From an uncultured Actinomycetota bacterium (GTDB lineage: Bacteria; Actinomycetota; Actinomycetes; JAFAQI01): a DNA stretch of 64,000 bases. Of the stretch, positions 36,768 through 46,100 are shown in pieces. The stretch lies in contig CAVYQE010000001.1 in the NCBI GenBank assembly GCA_963770565.1, positions 1,184,001 through 1,248,000 on the forward strand, in the 5' to 3' direction. Each line of letters begins with the position of its first letter. Position 1 is the first letter of the stretch. The notes under the pieces were generated by a model that was not told the DNA's origin, ran no database searches, and worked only from the letters and a program-made list of their open reading frames with translations. The position numbers and the translations under genes are program-made.

Positions 36768-36866
36768 TTGTCAACACTCGACTTATCAGAGAATCCGCGA
36801 ATCCTCTTGACCTGGCGCGCTCCGGCCCCTAGGTTGTCCACAATTCGCGCGTACTCATGTCGACAA
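36768..36866. promoter_or_regulatory. Divergent promoter region: TTGACC-N17-TAGGTT (+) with three TGT-N2-ACA boxes
   Basis: -35 at 36807-36812 and -10 at 36830-36835. Boxes TTGTCAACA (36768), TTGTCCACAA (36834) and ATGTCGACAA (36857). Confidence 0.65.
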
Positions 36867-36933
36867 CGGCGTCGGGGCGGGACACGTCGGCACGGGCGGG
36901 TGACCTCGAGGAGTCGGTTCCGGGAGGCAGCGA

Positions 36934-37752
36934 ATGCGACGACGCTCACCGGGGTGGGGCGGCGGGCTCGGCCTGCTGAGCGGTGCTTACGTCGGCCTCT
37001 GCCTGCTCATCCTCTTCGCGCCGCTCATCGTCTTGCTGCTGTTCTCGTTCAACTCGGCCGGCACCATCAGTCTGCCGTTCACCGGCTTCAGTCTCGAGTG
37101 GTTCCGGGCGCTCGCACAGGAGCCCGACGCGGTCCAGGCGTTCAAGAGCTCGCTGGTGGTCGCCGGCGTCGTCACGCCGATCTGCATCCTCGCCGGTCTG
37201 ACCAGCGCGTACGCCGTCGCCCGGCTGAAGGGCGTGTGGAAGGGCCTCTGCCTGGGGTTCTTCAGCATCCCGCTCGTCGTGCCCTGGCTGGTCATCGGCG
37301 TCGCGGCGCTGCTGTTCTTCACCACGATCGGGGTGACGACCTCGACGCTGACCGTGGTCGTGATGCAGGTCGTGGTCACCTTCCCGCTGATCACCCTGAT
37401 TCTCTACGCCCGCCTCGCCGGGATGTCGCCATCGGTTGAGGAGGCGGCGTTCGACCTCGGCTCCGGGCGCCTCGGCGTGCTGTGCCGGATCGTCCTGCCG
37501 CAGCTCGTCACGCCGATCATCGTCAGCGGGCTGTTCGCGTTCATCTCGTCGTTGGGCAACTTCGTCGTGACGTTCTTCGTCAGTGGTTACAACGCCACCA
37601 TTCCGGTCTGGGCATACAGCTCGCTGCGGCATGCGCAGGACCTGCCGATCGTCAATGCGGCCTCGACGATCATGCTCGCCATCACGCTCGTCGTCTTCGG
37701 TTTGGTCTATGTCCTGACCCGTCGGGACGGTGATGACACCTCGTGGCTGTGA
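36934..37752 (+). CDS. Polyamine-type ABC permease (PotC-like)
   Basis: FSFN...GFSLEWF and EEAAFDLG motifs. Confidence 0.9.
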   Translation: MRRRSPGWGGGLGLLSGAYVGLCLLILFAPLIVLLLFSFNSAGTISLPFTGFSLEWFRALAQEPDAVQAFKSSLVVAGVVTPICILAGLTSAYAVARLKGVWKGLCLGFFSIPLVVPWLVIGVAALLFFTTIGVTTSTLTVVVMQVVVTFPLITLILYARLAGMSPSVEEAAFDLGSGRLGVLCRIVLPQLVTPIIVSGLFAFISSLGNFVVTFFVSGYNATIPVWAYSSLRHAQDLPIVNAASTIMLAITLVVFGLVYVLTRRDGDDTSWL

Positions 37753-38624
37753 CCGCAACGGTTGACACGGTTCGCCCCCGCCGCGGCGCGAACCGGATCC
37801 AGCGGGTGGCGTGGGCGATGACGCCGCTCGGCCTGTTGCTGCTCCTGCCGTTCTTCTACGTGCCGCTGTTCGCGCTGCTCGTTCGCAGCCTGCACCCCGG
37901 TCATGGCCTGCATTGGTGGAGCGCCTACCACCAGATCCTGTCCCAGGGCGACTTGCTGCCGATCCTCCGGCAGTCGTTCACAATTGCCGGCCTGACCTTC
38001 CTGATCATGTTGGTGATCGGCTATCCGCTCGCCTACATCATCACGTTCCGAATGAAGAAGTCGGCGCACCTTCCGATGCTTCTCATCCTGATCATCTCCG
38101 GCAGTGTCAGCGACATCGTGCGGATCTTTGCGTGGTTCACGCTGCTCGGCTACCACGGCATCCTCAACGAGGCGCTGCTCAAGCTGCACATCATCCACCA
38201 GCCGATCACGGTCATCCTGTTCAGCCGGCTTGCCGTGATTCTTGTCCTCGGGGCCGGCTGGCTGCCGTACGTCGTGATCCCGATCTACGCCGCCATGCGC
38301 ACGATCGACCGGAGCTGTCTTGAAGCGGCGAGTGACCTTTACTCGAGCCGGTTCGCGGTGATCCGCCATGTGATCGTGCCGATGTCGGCGCCAGGCATTC
38401 TCGGCGCATTCATCGTCGTCTTCGTTCCACTCCTCAGCGAGTTCGCGACGCCTCAGCTGGTCGGCGGCCCGAACTCTCTCATGGTCGGCAACCTCGTGAG
38501 CGACCAGCTGCTGGAGGTCGGCAACTGGCCGGCCGCGGCGGCCGGCGCCACGTTGTTGCTCGTGATCGCGGTCGTGCTGATCACGCTCGCGCAACGCGTG
38601 TCGAGGCGGGCCTATGGCAGCTGA
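37749..38624 (+). CDS. Polyamine-type ABC permease (PotB-like)
   Basis: GYPLAY, EAASDL, P.LVGG and NWP motifs; GTGA overlap with the upstream gene. Confidence 0.9.
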   Translation: MTATVDTVRPRRGANRIQRVAWAMTPLGLLLLLPFFYVPLFALLVRSLHPGHGLHWWSAYHQILSQGDLLPILRQSFTIAGLTFLIMLVIGYPLAYIITFRMKKSAHLPMLLILIISGSVSDIVRIFAWFTLLGYHGILNEALLKLHIIHQPITVILFSRLAVILVLGAGWLPYVVIPIYAAMRTIDRSCLEAASDLYSSRFAVIRHVIVPMSAPGILGAFIVVFVPLLSEFATPQLVGGPNSLMVGNLVSDQLLEVGNWPAAAAGATLLLVIAVVLITLAQRVSRRAYGS

Positions 38625-38679
38625 CCAGATATTGACCGACAACCACCCAGGACCGGCTTCACCACTCAAGGAGTGCACA

Positions 38680-39789
38680 GTGTCGTCACGGCTCAGAAAG
38701 CTTCGACTAGTAGCGATTGGCGCGGCGATGACAGTCGTCGCAGCCGCATGTTCATCGTCCGGCAGCTCGCCGGCCTCGAGCGGCGGTTCGTCGAGTCCCG
38801 GTGGCTCCACCGGCGCGTCGGGCCCGCTCACCGGAAGCCTGCGAATCTTCGCGTACGACGACGCGTTCGCGCCTGCCGTGTTCAACAGCTTCACCAAGCA
38901 GAACCCGGACCTGAAGGTGCAGAAGGCGGACATCGCAAGCGACGAGGGCGCGGTGGCAAAGTTGAAGGCCGGATTCCAAGCCGACATCGTGAACACGTGT
39001 GCGGGTCCGATCGACCAAGAGATCGGCAACGGCGACCTCCAGCCGATCGACACCTCCAGGATCAAGGACTGGAGCCAGATCTATCCGTTCTTCACGCAGA
39101 TCAAGGGCGTCAATGTCAATGGAAAGACCTACATGCTCCCGCTCGTCGGTGGCGCGTACGGCCTGGTCTACCGCCCGTCGGCCTTCCCGACCCCGCCGAC
39201 GTCGTGGATGGACCTGTTCACGACAAGCAAGCGAGTCACTGAGCCGGACGACCCGCTGACGAACATCATCGTGGCCGGCCTGGCGCTCGGCTATTTCCCG
39301 CCGCAGACGATGAACGCGACCCAGTTGGCGAACGTCAAGAAGCTTCTCATCCAGCAGAAGTCGCACGTCGTGACCTACTACCAGGGCTCGGCGCTCACCA
39401 ATCTTTGGGCGAACGACGAGGTCGACATCGTGCCGACCGACATCACCCTGGTCGACCAGATGAAGGGCAAGGACGTCGCGTTCGCTCCGATGAACCCGCC
39501 GCTCGCATGGACCTGCGGCTACTCGATCGGTGCGCATGCACAGAACCTGAACGCGGTGTATGCGTATCTCAACTACGCGCTCTCGCCGCTGGTCCAGGAC
39601 GTCCAGGCCAAGAGCTTCAGCTACCTGGTCTCCAACAAGGCGTCCGTCGCGTCGTTGTCGCCTGCCGTGCTCTCTCGGTCAGGGCAGAACAACGTCAGCA
39701 AGTACCACAGCGCGGCAACTTTCGGTACGCCGACGAACAACTCGGTGTGGACGCAGCTATGGCAGGACGTCAAGGCCTCAGGGGGTTGA
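38680..39789 (+). CDS. Polyamine-type ABC substrate-binding lipoprotein (PotD/PotF-like)
   Basis: AAGGAG SD, lipobox VAAAC, Ser/Gly linker, LQPIDTSRI and SWMDLF motifs. Confidence 0.88.
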   Translation: MSSRLRKLRLVAIGAAMTVVAAACSSSGSSPASSGGSSSPGGSTGASGPLTGSLRIFAYDDAFAPAVFNSFTKQNPDLKVQKADIASDEGAVAKLKAGFQADIVNTCAGPIDQEIGNGDLQPIDTSRIKDWSQIYPFFTQIKGVNVNGKTYMLPLVGGAYGLVYRPSAFPTPPTSWMDLFTTSKRVTEPDDPLTNIIVAGLALGYFPPQTMNATQLANVKKLLIQQKSHVVTYYQGSALTNLWANDEVDIVPTDITLVDQMKGKDVAFAPMNPPLAWTCGYSIGAHAQNLNAVYAYLNYALSPLVQDVQAKSFSYLVSNKASVASLSPAVLSRSGQNNVSKYHSAATFGTPTNNSVWTQLWQDVKASGG

Positions 39790-39873
39790 GGCGGATCGGC
39801 GCGCGCCCCTTCACCAGCAGTGGAGGTGGCGCGCGCCGTTCCCGTGGCTCGTCGTCGACCGAAGGGGCTGGCT

Positions 39874-41496
39874 GTGACCGCTGACCTGGTGCTCACCAAT
39901 GCGGTGCTGTGGGATCGCCCTCGTTCCTCCGCGCTGGCCGTGGCGGGCGAGCGGATCGTGGCAATCGGCCCGAGCGACGACCTCCGGGACCTCGTCGGCC
40001 CGTCGACCCGGGTGATCGACGTACGGGGGCGCAGCGTGCTTCCGAGCTTCCAGGACGCGCATGTCCACCCGCTGCCGGCCGGCCTGGCGATGACCCGCTG
40101 CAATCTCCACGGACTGAGCGGTCCTGACGCGCTGAGGGCGGGGGTCGCGGCGTACGCGGCTGCGCATCCGGCTGAGTCGTGGATCCTCGGCTTCGGGTGG
40201 GAGGAGGACCACGCCGCCGACTGGCTGGACAAGCGGTTGCTCGATGAGGTGGCGCCGGATCGCCCGGTCTTCCTCATGAGCGCCGGACTGCACGATGCGT
40301 GGCTCAACAGCGCGGCGTTGGCGGCCGCGGGGATCGACGCCGGTCGCGCCGATCCGCCCGACGGCCGGATCGGGAAGGACGCCCGGGGTGAGCCGAACGG
40401 ACTGTTGCACGAGGGCGCGGTTCGCTTCGCCGAGGCGGCGGCGCCGCCGGTCTCGGACGAGGTCAACGACGCAGCGATGCTGGCGGCCCAGGCGCACATG
40501 CACGCACTTGGCATCACCGCGTGGCAGGACGCCTGGACCACGCCGGAGGTGCTGGGCACCTACCAACGGCTCGCGCGGAGCGGCGCACTGACCGCGAGGG
40601 TTACCGCGGCTCTGTGGTGGGAGCGGCTACGCGGCGAGGAGCAGATCGAGGAGTTCGTCGCCAGCCGCACGGAGTCGTTCATCGGCCGGCTGAAGGCGAC
40701 CTCGGTCAAGATCATGGTGGACGGTACGACCGGGAACTACAGCGCGTCGGTGCTCGAGCCCTACCTCGACGGCGAGGGCCTCCCGACCTGCGGATGTGGC
40801 ACCGACTTCGTCCCGGCCGACAAGTTGACCAGTGCGGTGACGAAGCTCGACGCCGCGGGTTTCCAGGTCCACTTCCACGCGATCGGTGAGCGGGCCGTGC
40901 GCAACGCGCTCGACGCGGTCGAGGCCGCCCGCCTCGCCAACGGCTGGTCGGACCTTCGCCATCACATCGCGCACGTCTGCCTCGTACACCCGGATGACAT
41001 CCCGCGCTTTGCCACCCTCGACGTCACCGCAAACATCCAGCCGCTGTGGGCGGCGGCGAGCCCTGACATGATCCGGGAGAGCCGGATCCTCGGCGAACCG
41101 CGATCGACCTGGTGGTATCCCTTCGAGGGCATCCGGACCGGCGGCGGCCGCCTGGCCGGTGGAAGCGACTGGCCGGTGAGTACGGCTGACCCGTTCCAGG
41201 AGATGCACGTCGCGGTGAATCGAACCTTGCCGGGCGATGACGGTCCGTCGTTCCTGCCGGATGAGCGATTGTCCGTCGACGCGGCGGTGCGTTCGTTCAC
41301 GTCGGGTGCGGCGTACGTCAACCGGCTCGACGACCTGAGCGGTGACCTCACGGTGGGGAAGCTTGCCGACCTGATCGTGCTCGACCGCGACCTCATGGCC
41401 GCGGATCCCGCCGCGCTGTGCGAGGCGCGGGTCCTGCTCACGCTCGTCGGCGGCTCCGTCGTCGACGAGCACTCCGAGCTCGAGCCGGCCGGGTAA
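39874..41496 (+). CDS. Amidohydrolase family 3 protein (YtcJ/NfdA-like)
   Basis: DAHVH, HAIGERA, RHHIAH, GSDWPV and GKLADL motifs. Confidence 0.9.
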   Translation: MTADLVLTNAVLWDRPRSSALAVAGERIVAIGPSDDLRDLVGPSTRVIDVRGRSVLPSFQDAHVHPLPAGLAMTRCNLHGLSGPDALRAGVAAYAAAHPAESWILGFGWEEDHAADWLDKRLLDEVAPDRPVFLMSAGLHDAWLNSAALAAAGIDAGRADPPDGRIGKDARGEPNGLLHEGAVRFAEAAAPPVSDEVNDAAMLAAQAHMHALGITAWQDAWTTPEVLGTYQRLARSGALTARVTAALWWERLRGEEQIEEFVASRTESFIGRLKATSVKIMVDGTTGNYSASVLEPYLDGEGLPTCGCGTDFVPADKLTSAVTKLDAAGFQVHFHAIGERAVRNALDAVEAARLANGWSDLRHHIAHVCLVHPDDIPRFATLDVTANIQPLWAAASPDMIRESRILGEPRSTWWYPFEGIRTGGGRLAGGSDWPVSTADPFQEMHVAVNRTLPGDDGPSFLPDERLSVDAAVRSFTSGAAYVNRLDDLSGDLTVGKLADLIVLDRDLMAADPAALCEARVLLTLVGGSVVDEHSELEPAG

Positions 41497-41513
41497 CTCG
41501 AGCGGGTCGACGG

Positions 41514-42233
41514 TCAGGACCAGCGCGGGCGGATCGCTCCCCAGGTCGAGACGGCGGACTCGTTTCCGGTGATCGTGACCGCGGCCGGGCGGTGCCAGAG
41601 CCACAGGTAGAGCTGCGAAGCGGTCCCCGACACGGTTGCCTCGCTCGGACCTGCATCGCCGACCCGCGCCCCGGAGTCGTCGATCACGACCCGGATCGTC
41701 GGCCCGTCGCTCGGTGCGAGCAGGAGTGTCGAGGGCGTCATCCCCTTCTTCCGCCCGCCGAAGACGGTGACGATCTCATCGATGCCATCCAGGGCGAACG
41801 CGGTGTCGAACAGCGGCACGAGGCCAGCGGCAGTCTCCGCATCTGCGCGGTGGATCGCGGTCTCGTGGGCCTGTCGCCGGCACCAGAAGGCCACCGGCGG
41901 CAACGAGTCGGAGAACGCCGCGCAGACAAGGTCCGGCGGCGCGCTTCGCAGCGTCTCGACGAGAGCGCGGCGGCCCTCGGTGCACCACGCGGCCAGGTCG
42001 TCAGCGTCCGGCCCGGTTCCCACGGCGTCGCCTGCCACCGTCTCGAAGCTCTGCCGGGCCTCGCCCACGATGTCGGCGGCCCAGCGATGGATGCCACCGA
42101 TGTGGATCAGCAGGTCGCGCACGGCCCAGTCCGGGCAGGCCGGCACGGCCTCGTCAAAGCCGGCCGCCGTCGCGGCCTCGACCAGCTTTGTCCCCTCGGA
42201 CTCGACGTACGCGATGTGTTCCGCAGTCTGCAT
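41514..42233 (-). CDS. Maleylpyruvate isomerase family mycothiol-dependent enzyme (MDMPI)
   Basis: VPACPDW.VRDL..H, RRQAHETAIHR.D and DGIDE motifs. Confidence 0.9.
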   Translation of the reverse strand: MQTAEHIAYVESEGTKLVEAATAAGFDEAVPACPDWAVRDLLIHIGGIHRWAADIVGEARQSFETVAGDAVGTGPDADDLAAWCTEGRRALVETLRSAPPDLVCAAFSDSLPPVAFWCRRQAHETAIHRADAETAAGLVPLFDTAFALDGIDEIVTVFGGRKKGMTPSTLLLAPSDGPTIRVVIDDSGARVGDAGPSEATVSGTASQLYLWLWHRPAAVTITGNESAVSTWGAIRPRWS

Positions 42234-42247
42234 GGCCTCAGTGTTGC

Positions 42248-43189
42248 TCAGGCGTACGACGTTGCCGCGTAGGCCTCGACGTACGGCTCGAGCGCGGCAA
42301 GCACCGGCATTGCGACCCCGAGTTCCCTGCCCGTGGTGGTCACATCACGGTAGATCCGCGCGAGGTCGTCCCCGCCGGTGTGGCGCTCCATGATCAGCCG
42401 GGCGGCCCGGTCAACCTGGTACATGGTTCGGATGCCGGCAGCGACGTCACCCGCATCCGCGAGGAACATCTGCGCTTCTGGCCGCTGCCACGGATCGATG
42501 CCACGGGCTGCAACGACCGCAAGTCCCTCGCGTACGGCGAGCACTCCTTCGGTGAGCGCGTCGATATCGTCGAGGAAGGCCGCGACGTCGCCCGCCTTGA
42601 TCGCCGCGGCGATGATGCCCGCTTCGGTGGCGAAATGGACCCACAGCCACGCGAGCATGTCCGGTGGCCGCTCGACGCCCAAGTCGGATCCGGCGAATAG
42701 CTGCGCCACCCGTGCACTGCATGCGTCTGCCTGACGCTGGTCGCCGCTGACCACGACCTGATCGAGCAGCGCCGCATGGAGACGCGGTCCGGCGAACCCG
42801 CCGCCGGCAACCGGAAAGGCCCAGGTGTATCGACCGGCGAGGTGCGCCTCGACCGGTGCGAAGGTGTCCCACCAGTTGTTGAAAAGGGCTACGTCGCTCC
42901 CTGCAGCCGCCAGCGCCGGTAACAGATCCACGACCTGGTTGTGGTGGACGCTCGCCAGCACGAGCTCGAACCGGCCGGGCTCAAGGTGGTCAACTGTCGG
43001 CGGTCGGTAGGGGATCCGCCGCTCGCGAACCTGGCCCAGGCGGGCGTCGAGGAGCTCCACCTCGACTCCACCGTCCAGATGGCTCGCCCGACCCGAGCGG
43101 ACCAGGTGGGTGACCGCGGAGCCGGACTCGGCCAGCACTGCCCCGTAGATCGTCCCGATCACCCCGGTGCCCACGACGCAGATCTCCAT
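42248..43189 (-). CDS. Ketopantoate reductase (ApbA/PanE)-family protein
   Basis: N-terminal VVGTGVIG..YG..L Rossmann motif; WLWVH in the C-terminal domain. Confidence 0.75.
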   Translation of the reverse strand: MEICVVGTGVIGTIYGAVLAESGSAVTHLVRSGRASHLDGGVEVELLDARLGQVRERRIPYRPPTVDHLEPGRFELVLASVHHNQVVDLLPALAAAGSDVALFNNWWDTFAPVEAHLAGRYTWAFPVAGGGFAGPRLHAALLDQVVVSGDQRQADACSARVAQLFAGSDLGVERPPDMLAWLWVHFATEAGIIAAAIKAGDVAAFLDDIDALTEGVLAVREGLAVVAARGIDPWQRPEAQMFLADAGDVAAGIRTMYQVDRAARLIMERHTGGDDLARIYRDVTTTGRELGVAMPVLAALEPYVEAYAATSYA

Positions 43190-43315
43190 CGCTGACTCCC
43201 ATCAGGGCATCGCCGACTGCTGCTGCTTCCTCCCGACCACCGTGGCGCCACCGGCAAGAAGCGGCAAGTGCCAAAGGTCCCGTCCGTCAGTCGTGCGGGG
43301 CTCGTCGCAAGGCTT

Positions 43316-44278
43316 TCAGGGTCGACGCTCTAGCAGGGACTCGCAGAACTCGCAGAACCGCTCAGGTTCCTCGAAGTTGGGCAGATGGCCCGACTCCTCG
43401 AACCAGACGACGGCCTTGTGAGGAGCTCGGAGCAGGTCGGCGTACTCGGTGACCAGCTCGAACGGAACGGTGTAGTCCCTGCGGCCGCAGCAGAAATACA
43501 CCGGAACCTCCAGTTCTGGGATGTCACGGATGTGGTTGACGCCCATCTGCTGGTCCTCGAGGCTCGACAGGGAGAACATCGCTCCGGCGACGAACCTGAT
43601 GGGGTCGAGCGGACGGAGGTCGCGCAATGCAACGTTCTTCAGGATGGTGCCGGACATGGACCCCTGGTAGGTGGCTCCGTGGAATCTCGACAGCCATTTT
43701 CGCTGGACCCCGCCAGAGCGCAGCTTGGCGTACGGCGGTGGTCCGATCTGCTCCAGCTGCCGGATCGCCTTCTTGTTGGCCAGTCGCTTCGCTTCGCTCA
43801 GCGTGAACTCATACGACAACGTCTCGCCCCGCAGCATGTCGACCACTTGGCCGATCCCGACATACGCGGTGAGCAGTTCGGGCCTCTTTGCGGCCAGGCG
43901 CAGTCCGATGATGCTGCCCCACGAATGCCCCACGAGGATCAGTCCAGGCGAGCCGAAACGCTGCAGGAGCGTCTCCACCAATTGTTCGGCATCTTCGACG
44001 AAGCGCTCGATCGTCATGTCTTCCTTGCGGAGCGAGCGCGAGTAGGACCTGCCGGCGCCCCGCTGATCCCAGTTGACGACGAGGAACCTTCGCGCCAGCT
44101 CCTTCTGTGTCCTTCTGGAGAACGCGATCTGCGCAGTGCCGGGGCCTCCGTGCAGGAAGAGGATCGGTGGGCTGCCGACGTCGTCCGATCGCAGCGATAT
44201 CCATTGGGTGATGCCGCCAATCGTGAGGCCTTCGATCGTGTCGATCCCGGTGCCACTGTGCTCGCCGTGGTGCCTCAT
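43316..44278 (-). CDS. Alpha/beta hydrolase (proline iminopeptidase-like)
   Basis: LHGGPG, WDQRGAG, GHSWGS and SGH.P motifs. Confidence 0.88.
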   Translation of the reverse strand: MRHHGEHSGTGIDTIEGLTIGGITQWISLRSDDVGSPPILFLHGGPGTAQIAFSRRTQKELARRFLVVNWDQRGAGRSYSRSLRKEDMTIERFVEDAEQLVETLLQRFGSPGLILVGHSWGSIIGLRLAAKRPELLTAYVGIGQVVDMLRGETLSYEFTLSEAKRLANKKAIRQLEQIGPPPYAKLRSGGVQRKWLSRFHGATYQGSMSGTILKNVALRDLRPLDPIRFVAGAMFSLSSLEDQQMGVNHIRDIPELEVPVYFCCGRRDYTVPFELVTEYADLLRAPHKAVVWFEESGHLPNFEEPERFCEFCESLLERRP

Positions 44279-44314
44279 TGCGCGCCTCCAATGGCCGGAT
44301 TCGTCGGGTGGCGT

Positions 44315-45274
44315 CTACGGGACGATGACGGTGCGCTGGCCGGGAGGGCATTCGCTGGTCCAGGCTGCTTCGACGTCGCGGAGCGGGACAGGCCGAGGCA
44401 CCAGCCGGAAGCGGCCGGCGCTGATCTCGTCGATCAGCGCCGGCAGCTCGGCGAGGTATCCCGCGGTTGAGACCGCGCCTTGGCCGTTGCCTTGGATCCG
44501 CAGGTTCGCCGACCGGAGTACGACGGAGGGTAGTTGCAGGGTGCTGCCGGCCACCGCGCCGATCTCGATCCAGTCGATGGCCCGGCTGCGGTCGGCGCGC
44601 GCGGTGAGCAGGGCCATCATGGCGTGCTGAGTGGGCGCACCCCAGAGGTAGTCGATGACGATGTCGACGTCGGCTGCGACGCTGGCGAGCGCAGCCGCGG
44701 TGACCGCGTCGTCCTCCGTGAGTTGTACGACGTCGTCAGCGCCGAGCCCGATCAGCGCCGCCAGCCGATCCGGATCGCGGCCGGCGCCGATGACCCGGCC
44801 GGCGTGGAGATGTTTGGCGATCTGCACTGCCATCGTCCCTGCGTTGCCGGTCGCGCCGAGCACCAGCACGCTTTGCCCCGGCTGCAGCGGGACCCGCCGG
44901 CGGAGCGCGACCCATGCCGACATTGCGGGGTTCATGGCGGCTGCGATCAACTCGGCGTTCGCGGTTTCGGGCAGCACGACCGCGCGCCGCATGTCGATGA
45001 CGGTCTTCTCGGCCATCGGGCCCGGCATCTCGTCATCCGCGACGAAGTAGACCCGGCGCCCATCGCTGAGCCGGCCGACACCATCGACGCCTGGGATCAT
45101 CGGCAGCTTGCCCGTGCTCGTGTAGTGCTGGCCCGAGGCGTCGGTCCTGACCCGAGGGTGTAGGCCGACAGTCAGGACCTCCACCAGTTGCTGGTTCTCA
45201 TCCGTACAGGCCGGGACGTCGACCGGGAGGTAGTGCGGCGGCTCAGAGAAGGAGGTGACGACCGCGGCGTGCAT
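44315..45274 (-). CDS. Zinc-binding/MDR family oxidoreductase (quinone oxidoreductase-like)
   Basis: PGVDGVG, VLGATGNAG and DYLWG motifs. Confidence 0.88.
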   Translation of the reverse strand: MHAAVVTSFSEPPHYLPVDVPACTDENQQLVEVLTVGLHPRVRTDASGQHYTSTGKLPMIPGVDGVGRLSDGRRVYFVADDEMPGPMAEKTVIDMRRAVVLPETANAELIAAAMNPAMSAWVALRRRVPLQPGQSVLVLGATGNAGTMAVQIAKHLHAGRVIGAGRDPDRLAALIGLGADDVVQLTEDDAVTAAALASVAADVDIVIDYLWGAPTQHAMMALLTARADRSRAIDWIEIGAVAGSTLQLPSVVLRSANLRIQGNGQGAVSTAGYLAELPALIDEISAGRFRLVPRPVPLRDVEAAWTSECPPGQRTVIVP

Positions 45275-45421
45275 CTGTTCCAACAGAGGGCCCTTCTGCG
45301 ATTCGACGAGGACATCGCCGGTCATTGGTCAGTGTCGCCCATCAGTGGGCGGCTGCGATCCATCGCGTCGTCACGTTCGGCTCGGTGAACCAGGCACTGC
45401 GGTCCGTTCGTGAACAGCGGT

Positions 45422-46063
45422 ATGGAGCAGCTACTGAGCATTGAGGGTCTCAAGCTCCGGGCGCTCGTCGAGGACCACCATGAGTCGGCGCGGTCGCACC
45501 TCGCCGCACCGACCGGGCCAACCCTGTCGGGGGTGGTGTGGCTGTCGGCGCACCTCTCGGCGATCGAGCACGCGATCTACCACGCGTTGCCGCCCGGCAC
45601 ATCGTCCCGAACCGCCGTTGATGCCGACCAGGCGATCGCCCGTAGGCTCAAGCGTGGGCTTCGTCTCCTCGAGCGGCAACTGACGGGCGACTCGACAGCG
45701 CCCACCGGGTTCGCCGGCACCACCTTGATGACTGCACTCGACGCGCATGACCGCTCGGAGCTGAGCATGATCGAGGTGCTCGACCGGTCGCTGACGCCTG
45801 ACCAGATGCGTACTGTGCTCGACCGGTACCGCGACGCCTTGCAACACGGACCGACCCGCCCGCACCCCCACGGTCGGCACGCCGGAGCCATCGAACCCTT
45901 GATGTTCGCGCTCAACAGTGCCGCGGACCGGATCATGGACGCCCTCGACTCGCGGCCAAGCCCGCTGCCACGTACACCGAGGAGCCCGCGGCGTCTCGGC
46001 AAGTGGAGCCTCTACGTCCTCGGGGTCGGCTCGACCGGCACCGACGAGCCGCGGAGCCCCTAG
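45422..46063 (+). CDS. Hypothetical hemerythrin-like helical protein
   Basis: His-rich helical motifs and GPTRPHPH. Confidence 0.55.
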   Translation: MEQLLSIEGLKLRALVEDHHESARSHLAAPTGPTLSGVVWLSAHLSAIEHAIYHALPPGTSSRTAVDADQAIARRLKRGLRLLERQLTGDSTAPTGFAGTTLMTALDAHDRSELSMIEVLDRSLTPDQMRTVLDRYRDALQHGPTRPHPHGRHAGAIEPLMFALNSAADRIMDALDSRPSPLPRTPRSPRRLGKWSLYVLGVGSTGTDEPRSP

Positions 46064-46100
46064 ACGGGCATGGCGTCGTCGGTCGTTCCGCTCGCTAGGT

